DNA of 64,000 bases from assembly GCF_006345805.1 (NCBI RefSeq), contig NW_021826031.1, positions 310,001 through 374,000 of the forward strand, in the 5' to 3' direction. Shown here in pieces: positions 33,969 to 46,921 of the stretch. The notes under the pieces were generated by a model that was not told where the DNA came from, did not search any database, and saw nothing but the letters and a program-made list of their open reading frames with translations. This DNA comes from Octopus sinensis (taxonomy: Eukaryota). A program made the position numbers and the translations under genes. How positions within the stretch are numbered: position 1 is the stretch's first letter; each line of letters starts with the position of its first letter.

Positions 33969-36900
33969 ATGATTCGTCTACTGAGGCCGAATCTCAGATT
34001 ATCATTTGGCATGAGGACACACATCAACACGACCTCCGCCTTGAATGTACTTTCTAAGAGATACTGCTCCCCCATCTCCCACAATCTACCCGATAATCCA
34101 TTTTTGCCTGTCAACCTTATTTTTTGTGATTTGCAGAGTACGGAGGAGTTTATAGAAATGTCCAATTCCAAGGAGGACTACCGAGTCCCAATATACTCCT
34201 CCACAGTGGACCTATCACTGTTTAACTACATCGACATGTGCACACAAGCCGGAAGAGTAACAATTTATTTATTAATTTAAAAATATATTATTTATAAACA
34301 ATTATTTTTAAATAATATTAATTTAATTTTCCAGGTCGAACATGCTTGGTCATTTCTACGGATGAAAATTGCCACCTCCCGTTCACACCCGCCTAATATT
34401 GACCCCGACATTTTCAACATCATTCTCCTTACCTTGGCCGCCCAAGTTTGCTCACAAGTCAATTTTCAGGCCAATTACGTCAAATTGTCACAGGTCTTGG
34501 AGGAGATGAGTCACTCGGGGATCCCCTCGAACGTCTTCACCCACATAGCCGTCCTGGGATGCCTCTCCAAGGTCGGATCCCCCGGAGAGTCCAAAGTCCG
34601 TGAGTATGTCAATTTGATGGAGCAACAGGTTCCTTGAATGGTCTATTTTGTAGGGGTTTGACGTCTCCAAAATATTTTCCTGCATTTATATTGACCACAT
34701 CGAATTGGCAGAGGGTGCCAAGTCCGTCCTCCGTATGTGTGGGGTGTGTTCTCACGGAATAACGGAGTCGGGGTACGAAAACGAGCTGCTCAAGTCACTC
34801 AACGACATCCAAGTATTTTGTCCAACTCAAAAAGACCTACGAAAATGCCTCGATGGGGTGTCTTTCCCGCCAACAAATAGAAAATAACATTCTAGAACAG
34901 GCGGAGGCCGAACGACGGTCTTTCCGTCACCTTCACCTCATAAATAAACAGTCCACGGCCAGACAACAGCCTTATGTGAGTATTCCGTGGTTATTTTTAG
35001 AGAATGATGTACGAAAATCTCAAAAAGGAGTGGAGAAGAATCCTCACGGCTGAGTTCAGGAAAGTCCGATTTGAGAATATTGCAGGTTTCCGTTTTTTGA
35101 CATTATAAAGTGCGCGGGAAATTGTCCGTGGCTCCATACGCCGTGTTTTTTACTCCCGAAGAGGCCGCGGCGTTTATGGTGGAGGATATTGAGGAATTTC
35201 TGTCCAACCTGTCGAACGGAGTCCCCACCTCCCGACCGGGGGTCAGATTTCACGGAATCGCGTCCAATTTCGGTTATCGGTATCAACAGAGGTTTTCCTA
35301 CCGCCGCAAATACAACATGGGACTCCTCGACCAGATTTTGTCGACTTACCGCAAATTTGTGATCGAAACTCAGGAAAGTCCGCAACTTCCGTTTAATTGC
35401 CGTGCACATTGGTGTAAGTTGTTGGGACAGGATGAACACGCTCAATTTGTTAGTTCCTGTCTTCCATTTCCAGGTCAACTTCTTCCGGCCGTGGTCCTCG
35501 GAGACTCTCGTGATGGTGGGAGACTACTTTCTTCAGAAAATTCTAAAACACGTGTGTATAAACAAGAATTTAATGTCTTCGGCTGCAACGTCAAAATCTG
35601 GGTATGTCAGATTTGAGTTGAATGTCAGAAATGTGCTGATTCCTGCATTTTACACGATTCACTCGTACGTGTCACATAAATTGCAAGTTGAGATAAAAGT
35701 AGGATTCCGTGACTGTATGTGGTAGGTTCACCCCGTTTTGGCCAATTTGTACACGGAGGCCAACGTCGACGTAATTCTTATGGACTTTTATAACTTTCCG
35801 ATGAAGACGCCGCCCGTTCCGTGGCACAGTGTCTGTTCTGGTGCGAGTTTGACAGTCAATGGTAGTTTTGTCAAATATGTCTAGCGAATCTAATTCGGAG
35901 TACTTTGTATGAAATCACAGAGTCCTTTGTTAGAAAGCACGCCCTATCCTCTTATGTCGGAGTCCTCGATTCCATTTCTTTTCTCCAAATGACCCCCTGG
36001 GCCATCAACAAAAAAGTGTTTCACGTAATGTCCCACTTTTTTGGGAAATGTCATGACTTGTACTTGAAGAGTTATAAAGAGAGGATCAAGTCTGGTTTTT
36101 TTCTTTATTTTTAGATCTCCGGTCAAGTTGGAGGAACTTCTCGTCTCCTATGCCTTTCTCAAACCCTCCGCGAATGACCAGACCGTGGAGAGCACGGTGA
36201 GGGGAATCCGCTGCCGTCTTTCAATCGCTCTCAATGTAATCCCCACGTGCAACTTCCAGTTGTTGGAAAGTCCCTTCTGGTTTCCCTTGTTTGTGGATTT
36301 CCGTGGTCGTTGTTACCCTGTGGCGCCGTATTTGAACCACACGGGGGATGACGCTTCCCGGGGGTTGCTTCAATTCAACGTGGGGAAACCCCTGGGACCC
36401 AATGGACTGCGGTGGTTGAAGATCCATCTTTCCAACCTGAGTGGACTTGGAAAAAGGTTTCACGTTTTTTGAGACCGTGAGACTGTCGAACGACGAACGA
36501 GTCGAATGGACGGATAAGAATATGGTCGAAATACTCGATTCCGCGGAAAATCCCATAAACGTGCAAATTTGGTGATTAGATGGTAGGGACGACGGTGGTG
36601 GCTGAAAATGGAAAAGTCATACCAAGTGTTGGCCATGTGTATTGAAATCGCGGAGGCCCTTAAACTGAGTGACCCCTCCACTTATATTTGTCACGTGCCA
36701 ATTCACCAGGTAGTTAGAAAATGTGGATTACTGGCAGGATGGGTCGTTCAATGGACTACAGCACTACGCCGCTCTTGGGAGAGACTCGGTGGCTGCACAT
36801 TCCGTGAACCTGGTCTCCGGGTCACATCCGAACGACGCCTATCTCGACGTGGTGGAGATGATTGAAAAATCACGGAAAAAAGATGAAGCACAAGGGAACT

Positions 36901-37746
36901 TGTTGGCTGGGAAATTGGAGGGTTGCATAACACGGAAAGTCGTCAAACAGACCGTAATGACCACGGTTTATGGGGTCACTCGCTACGGAGCGGAAATGCA
37001 AGTTTTGAGGAAACTGATAGAGTTGGACAAGATCTGTCAGTCGGAGATTACTGCTGCGGCCAATTACATCACAAAGTCTATTTTTAATGCATTGGGGACC
37101 ATTTTTTGTTCGACGACGAATATTCAGGTGGGGGATGTGTCTGACGGTAGAACTGGCTTAAATACAATGCCATTCTAATTTCCAATCACAGGAGTTCCCC
37201 GATTGAGTGGAGAACCCCTTTAGGCTTGCCTGTAGTGCAGCCTTACTTCAAAAGGAACTCTGCTAAAATGTCCTTAGTGTTTGTTGTGTGTCACTAATTT
37301 GAGGGCCGTCAACTCAGTCAAGCAACGGAATGCATTTCCCCCCAATTTTATTCATTCATTGGACGCCACGCATATGCTTTTGACTGCTCTCCATTGCAAA
37401 AAGTATTTTTGTACTCATTTGTAGAGCTGGACTCATCTTTGCGGCAGTTCATGACTGTTATTGGACTCATCCGGGGTATGTCGACCAAATGAACAGGGTT
37501 GTACATTTGTTTATTTTATAGATTTGTCGGGAGCAATTTGTGGCACTCCATTCCGTGCCAATACTGGAGGAGATGAGTGAGCAGTTCAATCAGACGATTA
37601 GCAGCATTGAGCCATCTCTGTTTAAAGCAAAGACTCAGAGTATTGAACACCTCGATATTCCAAAACAAGGTTTTGGTTTGTCTGAGATTCATTTAGGCAC
37701 GTTTGATTTGTCCCAAGTAATCGATTCGACATACTTTTTTAGTTAA
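33969..37746 (+). CDS. POLRMT: Mitochondrial single-subunit (T7-like) RNA polymerase, multi-exon
   Basis: PPR-like N-terminus, [13 protein letters not shown]...[63 protein letters not shown] and AVHDCYWTH. Many tiny introns. Confidence 0.95.
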
Positions 37747-38589
37747 TTCATATTTTGTTCTTATTAAACAAATAGTCTGTTTGTAGTTGTTTAAGGCGAC
37801 ATTTCCATCTAACATATTTTTACGGGGTGCTCCTCTTGGATGGCCACAATGTGGTGGATAGATTCATAGGCGTATATTGTGAAACCGAAAAATTAAATGA
37901 TTTAACTAAGAGTCAAGATTGCTCCAAACTTCCTTTTCTTCTCCAACTCTGTCAACGTCTTTGTTATGCTGAGCCTTCTTGCGTATGCCATGTTTGCAAG
38001 TTGATTGGCGCCCAATGCGCACTTTTCATTAAATTCACTTTATTTCCTGTTTTAATGAAATATTTACTGTTATTTGATATTGCCAGTTCCGTCATCAATA
38101 ACTCTACTTTATCACGAAACTTTTTACCTTCGTTGACTTTCCGATTTTAATAATTCAGTATTATAAAAATGCCTGGAATTCTGTGTTAAGAAAAATCATT
38201 CGGTATTGTTTTTGTTTAGGAAAAATAAAATATAGACATTTTAGGGCCAATCAGTTGAGTTTTTTAAAAAAGTATGATATTTATTAACTTTATTTGATAA
38301 TTAAAGGATTAAATGTGATTCTGTATAAAAAATGAAAAGATTGGCTGTTCATTTTATATTTTGAACTGAAATGTTTGAAGAGCTCAATTCGTTAAATTTT
38401 GAGTCTATTTTGGCAGAACATGTAAAAAGATTTTCAACTGAAATGTTTGAAGAGTTTGGATTTGTTTGAACATCAAGAATGCAACGAATAAAAATTAACC
38501 TGATTAATGGAGAAAATTAGCTTAATTAACAAAAGGGAATGTTAATAAGTAATTTCGTGATCAACTTGTCATTAATCTTCTAAGTGTTC

Positions 38590-38770
38590 TAACTGTCCTC
38601 GTTGGCTGAAGAGTTTGCAACGGATGTTGGATCAATACCTTTGAAGTTTCAACTCCGAAGGATTCAACTTTCGAGCTGGGGGTCAAGTATTGTCAACTTT
38701 CTCTTTCCCGTGAGGCGACGGGTCTTAGCGTGGCGTTATCTAGTCCACCATGTCAGTTGAAACTTCCAAT
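38590..38770 (+). repeat. 5' part of the dispersed SINE-like repeat
   Basis: Matches the reverse complement of ~48820-49030 (gctgaag, tggatca, tccgaa, agctgggg.tcaa, gaggcgacg, ggtcttagcgt, tccaccatgtcagtt). Confidence 0.6.
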
Positions 38771-38974
38771 TAAACATGGAAACTTTTTTTCATCTGTGCT
38801 TTGAGTGATGGTGGGGGCTGACCTATCCAGGTGAGGCAGGTCATCATTTCCAGGGATTTATCAGACATTTCAGACCTCATTTGGTCGAAAGGTTCAAAAA
38901 GAAAAACAAAACGGTCTCATAATAATTGATACTTCTAATTTTCTAAGAAAATACATTAATTAACTTTCTAAAAA

Positions 38975-40252
38975 ATGTATGGAATTTCGGCGTTCCAGAA
39001 TTCTCTTATATATGCCAAAATAAGCCGAGGAACAGTAAAAAGGGGCAGAATGGAGATACGCGTTCAAATCGAGAAATCAACTCCAACTATCAAACCGAAA
39101 AGTTGTTTCAACGTAACAGACGAAGCTATCGAGTTAAATTCGAATTTAAAGGACTTTGGTGACTTTTCTTAGTGATAAATAGACTTGTATGAAAATAAGA
39201 TCACTGAGTTTTTGTCCTCAACGTCAAAAGAACAGAAGGAGAAGGTTTGTGATGAATATGCACGGCTTTACAACACAGTATGTCTACCTCGTTTCACTCA
39301 AAGGACCTCCTGTTTGAATTTACCTCGAATATGCCGAAAGATTATGCAGAGCTGGCTGTGGCACTGACTACGTCCAAAGCTCTGCTCACTGTAAACGCAA
39401 TCGAAGCAGCCACCAAAGTTGAATAAGTGATTTCAGCAAAAAGGGTTTTGGGACGTCCGAGTCGTTTCTAGTCTCGGCCCTGCTAATTCAGAACAATGAC
39501 GAGCGGGCGGATCTGGTTGAGCTATACAACAAAAGTGGACTTGCACTGTTAATTAGCTTAGCCCACAAAAAAGATTTGAGGAATCTAATTAACGGAGAAA
39601 CCAGTGGAATCCTCAAAGACGTCCTCTTGGCCCTTATTGAGGTCAAAATCATTGACTAATAAGGTAGAGAAAGGAGCAGTTGGACCCCGAACTGAAAAGG
39701 AGATTTGTGTTGACCGACAACGTCGAACTCATCGTGGACCGACCTCTTGCCCAACAGCAAGTCAGAAAATACCAGGAATTGCTCGAGTCTCATCATATTC
39801 ATATCACCCCTTTTTTCCTGGACGTGTTTATTTACCAGAATAGATACCAGTCGGCGGCTTTTCTCCAAGAATATCACAGTGTATGTCTTGTTCGTCACTT
39901 TAGTTAACTGGCGAAGATTTCCTCCCTTCAACTAAGAGAATATTCAACCATGACGGACAGAAAATAGCGAAACTTTGCAGTACATGTGTATAATACTTTT
40001 CAGCCTTGGCCACGCTCTCTCCGACCAGCTTCTTTGCATATCTGATTAAGAAAGCACTAAAGCCGAGGTATGGGATGAGGAATGATTTATTCAACTTTGT
40101 TATAGCCTCTCGAGCAGAAGTTGAATCAATGTTAAGTATTTCAGGTGGATTTCGAAAATATTAAACAAGAATATCATAAACTAACTGGCGTATCCTTCAC
40201 TGAGAGTATCCATAACGAGTGGTTAGATTCCTCGTATCTAAAACTCGTGTGA
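38975..40252 (+). CDS. Divergent four-repeat annexin, multi-exon
   Basis: Annexin helical repeats: TEFLSSTSKEQKEKVCDEYARLY, NGETSGILKDVLLALIE, VDRPLAQQQV...AFLQEY, PTSFFAYLIKKAL and ASRAEV...DFENIKQEYHKLTGVSF. Start codon uncertain. Confidence 0.75.
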
Positions 40253-40647
40253 GTGTTACCAACTCTTACTGATCGATTCCGATTACTAACCAGTCAATTC
40301 CTTAACTAACACATTTCTTATTTTGGAATTCAAAAAATGCATTTAAAATTAATCTATTGACACAGAAACACAATTTCCTCTGTCTTACTCTGTCTAACTC
40401 TTTTTTATTAAGAAGTGAATATAGACATGAAAAATCAATTTGTCTACTTTCACGAATAAGATTGTTTCTAAACAAATAAAATTTATTTTGATTGTTTAAT
40501 GTAAAGATTTACTTTTGCATGGAGTATCTAATGTTCTATTGTTGTCGAATTGATTATTAATAAAACATATTAAACAATCACAGGAGTCATAAAAGTTGTA
40601 TGGCCTTAAAGTTCATATGCACATAAGGACGGCCAACTTGGCCTATG

Positions 40648-42749
40648 CAGGGGTGGCCAACCGGTCGATCGCGATCAACCGGTCGATCGCGGCATTGTTT
40701 CGTGGTCGATCGCTCGATATATAAATTGCTAATTATTTTTTTTGTATTTAATTATTTTAATTATAAAAAAATATTTATCAATATTAAAGTAAGTATTTTT
40801 CACGTGTCTTGTTATGAGGTGTAACAAAAAGTCCAAATCATATAAATTTAATGCCAAATGGGAAAAAGACTATATTTTACGATGCACATGGAAAAATGCA
40901 CATGTATGCTATGCAATAAAATCATTTCATTACAAAAAGGGGAAATCTTTGTCGGCATTTTAATTCTTTACATCCCGAGTTCAACAAACACTTTCCTTTA
41001 ATTCCTTATTACGGGAAGAGAAAGTTGAACAATTAAAAAAATCTTTTTTTTTCACAACATACATTTTGAAAAAGTTTATTAATTCGTCCAGATCTGCAAC
41101 AATTGCATCATTGCGAGTGACTCGTCTCCTCGTAAAACACAAAAAACCTTCCACTGATGGGGAAATTTTAAAATCTTGTTTTTTGGAAGCTGCCGATTCA
41201 CTATTTGATGGTATGAAAAATAAACAGGAAATTTCAAATTGCATCAAAGAGCTTCAGCTCTCAAAACAGTCAATTGTCAGAAGGGCTGAAAGCATTTCTG
41301 AAATCTTCTTTTGCATTTAAAAAAGGATCTTTACGCATGTTCGTGTTTTTCTCTACAGTTTGAGGAATCAAACGATGCTATTGATATCGCCCAACTATGT
41401 GTATTTTCCCGTTTAATCTTCCATGATCTAACTGTCAAGGAAGAGTTATTTGCTATTATACCTATGAAGAAAGAACAACTGGTGAAAATATTTATAATTC
41501 TTTCAAAACGTTTTTGTTATCATTCGAATTATTACCGTTAATGAAGAAACTTGTATCCATAACAACAGATGGAGCCCCTGCAATGATTGGGAATCAAAAT
41601 GGATTTATTGCATTTGTCGGAAAGATGAACATTTTCCGAAATTTTTATCATATCATTGCATCATTCACCAACATGCATTATGTGGGAAAATGTTAAATTT
41701 CAACTATGTTATGGAGACAACAGTTAAAATTATTAATTCCATCCGAGCCAAGCCCCTACAAAGAAGATTATTTCGACTTTTTAGAACAAGTCGATGCAAT
41801 CTATGGCGATCTACCTTTACATTGTGACATAAGATGGTTAAGCAAGGGATTAATTCTCAGTCGTTTCAGAGAATTATTATCATACATTAAAGAATTTTCT
41901 AAAGAAAACAACAAGAATTGGCATTTTCTTGAAAATCCTGATTGGCTATATAAACTTGGCATTTTTAACCGATATTACCAGCAAACTGAATGAACTCAAT
42001 TTAGAATTACAGGGAAAGAATAGATATATTATCGATATGATCAGTTCAATAAATGCTTTCATAATGAAGTTGGAATTATGGATATCTCAAATCAGAAAAG
42101 AAAATTTACCCATTTTCCTAACATTGAAGATGAATTCACAAAACAACTTGTGAATAAAAATCATTATGTCAATGAATTTGCTATGGTACTAGAAAAAATA
42201 ATGAACGAGTTTAATAACAGATTTAGCGATTTCAAGAAAATTACTATATTATGCAGTTTCTTTGTTTCTCGTTCATGGATGTAGACATCGAAAATATTTC
42301 AGAAGAATTTAGCAAGATTTTTGACGTTGATCGAAGAAAAAGTCAAATAGAAATTATAAATCTAAAAAATGACATCACTTTAAAATTACATTCAAATGTC
42401 AACATGTGGAAATTTATGTCTCAGGAAAAATATCCAATTTTGATTGATTGTATCAACGAATTCTTTCATGCTTTGGAAGCAATATTTATCCGAAACATCA
42501 TTTTCAAGTATGAAAATGATAAAATCTCAATACAGGACACGTTTAACGGATGACCATCTTGGGGATTGCATGAGAATAGCAATAAGCTTATACGAGCCAG
42601 AATTTGAAATAATCGCAAGTGAATACAATGCCAAAAATCGCATTATTTTTTAATTGTAAATAAATTTTTGATATTAAAATATATAAGTCGATCTCCAAAA
42701 AATCGCAAAATGAAAGTAGCTCGCCGGTGAAAAAGGTTGGCCACCCCTG
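40648..42749 (+). mobile_element. hAT transposon (GTF2IRD2/SPIN-like), heavily frameshifted
   Basis: TIR CAGGGGTGGCCAACC at both ends; flanks gcctatg/gcctttg. Motifs FSLQFEESND, ITTDGAPAMIG, HCDIRWLS, LAFLTDIT and ETSFSSMK. Confidence 0.9.
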
Positions 42750-44202
42750 GCCTTTGTAATGCCTAGATCATTAAGAAAATTTTTTTAAATGGTTTTTTTG
42801 AAAACGATTCTAATGTATTTAAATTTTGGCTTTCTGAACACCCTTTTGCGATGCGATTTGTATTGTTTTGTTCATCATTTTAGGCAGTTGGATCTCTCTC
42901 TACTATAATTGAATTTTTGTTTGTTCTTGTCAAGCTTTCCGTTTTAATGTCCTTTTTTCCTTTATTTCCAACTTATTCATTGGAATTAAATCTTGGCAAT
43001 TGCATCTAAAAAGACATCAAGAACAAATGCAGTGTTTTTGAAAAGCAAAAAGTTGATTTTTTTTTATAAAATTCGACTATGTTTTTCGTGTTTAATGCAG
43101 TTCACATTAAGTCTTGTATTTGAGTGGCATGGTTCATCTTGAAAATAATTAAATTAATAATATCGACACAGTATTTTCAAAAGACAGGACATGTGAAAAT
43201 AATTCCTATTTTGAAAAATCAGGAAAATTTCTAAATAAAGTAATTTTTATACAACACGACAACTTCCTATTTGATTAAAACAAAAAACGCGGATAATGAA
43301 CAATGATTTTCCTTAACAGCGAATTCCAGGTAATTTAAAAATCAAACAGTTTTAGATCCATCAAGTTTTGAAAAAAAGTCCCAATTTGATAATTTTGAGT
43401 TGCTTTTCAAAAGGGTATTTTGAGACTGCCTCCTATGGCATTTCAATGCTGAACAACATAAAAGAACGTTTCCATTCAAATTTACAGACTTATCAGGCAG
43501 ACTATCACCAAGTAACGTCTTTGATGTTATTTTCAGTTGCGGGGAATGGGACATGTCGAGTCTCTTAACTTTTGCGGAATGAAATTACTTTTTTTCCTCA
43601 AAAGATGTCCTTATAGAATCAAACTTGGAAACCTCCATGACCAAACACAAATTGACACGCTGCTCTATGAGCAGACCGTCGTTGAATCAGTTGTGTCCGC
43701 TGTCGTTAAGAAATACATTCATAGAAAACGTTCTTTGTTAAATTTTCATAAATTATGTTCAAAAAAAGTGAAATTGAAGATTTCTGGTTGGTTTTTCTAA
43801 ACACGTTGTAGACATCGAGAAATATCCAACTCTTCTGCAGAAAGGTACTATATTTGTTTTTCACCTGTCAAGCAATTGAATCGAAAAAAATGTTGACATT
43901 AGTCGACCAATCCAACATCACGCACGAAACTTTCAAAAAAATATCAGGTTGTGCTAAAATTCTCACTAATCTCAGTAAATAATGATTTTTCAATGGAAAA
44001 TGTGATTAAGAAATGTTCCAATCATTGTCCTAATCGAATCGACTTATTTTCAAGTTTGAAACTTAAGATATATACTTAGACATGTTTATTTCTGCGTCTT
44101 ATAGAGAATGGAAAGGTTGTTCTACTTTACTCACTAAATGCAGACTATCGATATCTGACCACGACAGTTAACTACAATTATGAATTTGAAAGATACCCCG
44201 AC

Positions 44203-45456
44203 ATGGAAATAGAAAATATTAGCCCAATTGGCTATGCATTTTTGAAATTGATGAGCGAGAGCAGTAAGGCATATCAAGTAGTCGAGGAACCGAAAGAAAG
44301 ATATGTCATAAACTGCATTGATTTGGGAAATAACTGCTTCGAACAAACATGCATTTCTCCCCCCGATACTAACTTCATTCGAGATCAACAAATTGATTGG
44401 GTCGAAAAGCAAAAAATTAATCAAATCGATTTGATATTCGACTCAAGCAAAATTCAAGTGGCAAAAACTGGCAGTTTAACGAAAAATGTGATAAATCACA
44501 TGCACTTAAGCAATTCACCGGTTTCAGTTAGAAATATGGATTCGATTCCTCAAAACACAGTTATACTTGCTCGATGTTCAAAATATCAAGTCTCTGACAT
44601 GCCCTTTCTCACGAAATCAAAAGATGCTAAAATCAGTGATGTGCTACGTTTACCTCAAAAAATCGATGATCTCCGTTTTTTTGCATTCACAATGGATAAA
44701 AATGAAGATTCCACTTTGAAAATAAGCTATTTCAATACAAATGTTCAACTGAAAGTGAATTTTCCAATCTCTTTGAATAACCAAAGTATTGAGTGGAAAG
44801 AAAGTCCAGAAAATCAGATTTCTTCTCAAACTGGCATTATGAACGACGAAATGGAACTTGTGGACCAGAATAACTCGTTCTATTACCAGATTGATTTTTG
44901 TAACGAAGAACCTCGGAATCAGATTTTTGAACTAACAGAACCCAGGAATGAGACAAGTCCCGGAAATCGACTTCCTTCGGTGGAATTAGAAGAACAGCAA
45001 GTAAACAAAGTGGATTTTTTTACCTTCCCGAGACTCTGGCCCGAGACGATTTCGATATACTCAGAATACAACTTCAGAATTGGCAGTGATATGTATTCAT
45101 GTTCGAATCATATTCAAAATTTGATTTTTATCGTCAGATGTGAACAATTTGTCAAGTTTGTTAAAAAAAACTATCAAAAAATTCGAACAAATTTAAAAAT
45201 CTACTATCGAGGTCTCCGTGACAAATGGAAGAACAAATATATTCTTAATCAACAACTAATTTCCGACACTTGTTACGAGAAATTGGAAAATATTATAAAT
45301 ACAACTTGTAAAAAAATAAAGGAAAACAAATCTACCCACGACGCCTTCTGGATAAACGATTATTTCAATTCAAAGGAAATTAAAATAGCCATTAATAAAA
45401 ATAGAAACAATGACCCACAAGTATTAAATTTACAAATATTTATTTTAGAACATTAA
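44203..45456 (+). CDS. Unknown 417-aa protein (uninterrupted ORF)
   Basis: Long stop-free ORF in very AT-rich DNA. No motif recognised. May have upstream exons at ~43300-44200. Confidence 0.6.
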   Translation: MEIENISPIGYAFLKLMSESSKAYQVVEEPKERYVINCIDLGNNCFEQTCISPPDTNFIRDQQIDWVEKQKINQIDLIFDSSKIQVAKTGSLTKNVINHMHLSNSPVSVRNMDSIPQNTVILARCSKYQVSDMPFLTKSKDAKISDVLRLPQKIDDLRFFAFTMDKNEDSTLKISYFNTNVQLKVNFPISLNNQSIEWKESPENQISSQTGIMNDEMELVDQNNSFYYQIDFCNEEPRNQIFELTEPRNETSPGNRLPSVELEEQQVNKVDFFTFPRLWPETISIYSEYNFRIGSDMYSCSNHIQNLIFIVRCEQFVKFVKKNYQKIRTNLKIYYRGLRDKWKNKYILNQQLISDTCYEKLENIINTTCKKIKENKSTHDAFWINDYFNSKEIKIAINKNRNNDPQVLNLQIFILEH

Positions 45457-45499
45457 TGATCAGTTACTTTGTTTTATTGGTCCTGCAATTTATTATTCG

Positions 45500-46921
45500 T
45501 TGGTTAAATACGAATCAGGACTCTACTCTGAACCCTCATTCAGATTTATTTTATCCGACACCGAAGAAATCATAAAATTCGAATTTCCAAAGTAAAATAT
45601 TTCTCTTAATAACGATCAACAGGAATGCCCCCTGGGGTGTGTTCAAATCTTGTCGGTTTCAATGTTTTGTCTCCGTTGTGGCTCCATTGGTCTTCAACAT
45701 CCTTCAACACCGGTTTGAATGTTCAAAGGGATTTTATAAGGTTTGAATTGGTTTTAAAATTAAGTATTCGATTCGGAGTCTGTGGGAAAAGTTTCCGAAT
45801 CCAGCTAAAAGTGGCTGCAGTATTTACTTTAGCGAAAATGGGCACATTTGCATAAAAACGGTTAAAGCAATCGAATTAAAGTTATTCATGCGATTCCTGC
45901 CGGTCTACGCTTTGGTTCGAATGGTATTTGTTATTGTAGAATTTTGTCGAGAACAGCGATTCGCTTTTTCCTAAATTTTACGGAATTTACGTTTTAAATG
46001 TAAACTCTTTCGTAACATTTCAAGAGAAATAACAAGAAAATGACATTCGCTGCAATGAACAACGTGTTTCCATACGACTTTAAACTTGATGAGAAATACG
46101 ATTTGAAGGGGAATATCCATTATTCTCATCGAAAAGAACTGAAAAAAACATGTCCAACTCTACGTGGGGGAGATTTGATTAAACGACACCCACAAGGACT
46201 ATTTATTCATCAAAAGTACTGGGATAGACTGCTTTTAGTTCTCGAACGAGACACAAAGGTGGACAAAAAATATTATTTTAAAGATTTTGGAAGATTTCAA
46301 AATAATGGACTACAGTCTTCTAGTCGGTATTCATTACTGTAAGAGAGATTACAGCGATAAGGCACGTTATTGGTACTCATTTTTAGCACGTTGATGCTCT
46401 TGTGATGAATGAGAGACGAGAGTTGAGTGTCTGTTTCATTCCTGGGCGGACTGGGGATAACAGAAGAATCCTCATCCGTTTGGGGATTGTCGATATTCTA
46501 CAGGGATATACACAAAAGAAAAATTGGAAAATAAACTCAAGAATATAGTTTTTAATCAAGTAAAATTTTATATGTATTTTAGGAATTCATTTCGGTAATA
46601 GACCCGGTCAGTTACCGAACTCGATTGTTGTCTTTTTTCAAAAAATATTTCCACTTTTATAAAGGTAAAATCTCAATAATTATGCAAGATCCTGAAATAA
46701 CCACGAGTGAAGTTGGGGATTTGTTTGAACATCCACAAATTGAACATATAAGCCAGGAAATTATGGGCGATAATTCCCAGCCAGGCCATTCTATAGTGGT
46801 TCCTGACAAATGTTCAGATGACAGTTTCTATTCTTGCAAAACTACGCTTTCCACTGCTCCAAAGACAACTTCCCATTTTTCTACAAATTTTTTTAGAAAC
46901 AAGAATTTTAATAACCTGTAG
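45500..46921 (+). CDS. Phosphatidylinositol-phosphate 5-kinase (PIP5K family), multi-exon
   Basis: NPAKSGCSIYFSENGHICIKTV, LFPKFYGIY, MNNVFP...KYDLKG, FKIMDYSLLVGIH and LGIVDILQGY...KKLE. 5' end approximate. Confidence 0.88.

Noticed and set aside
38695-38725. HDV-like ribozyme in the SINE-like repeat
   Set aside because: An L3-like TTCCCGT/TCCCCGC is present, but I could not build P1, P1.1 and J4/2 consistently in both copies.
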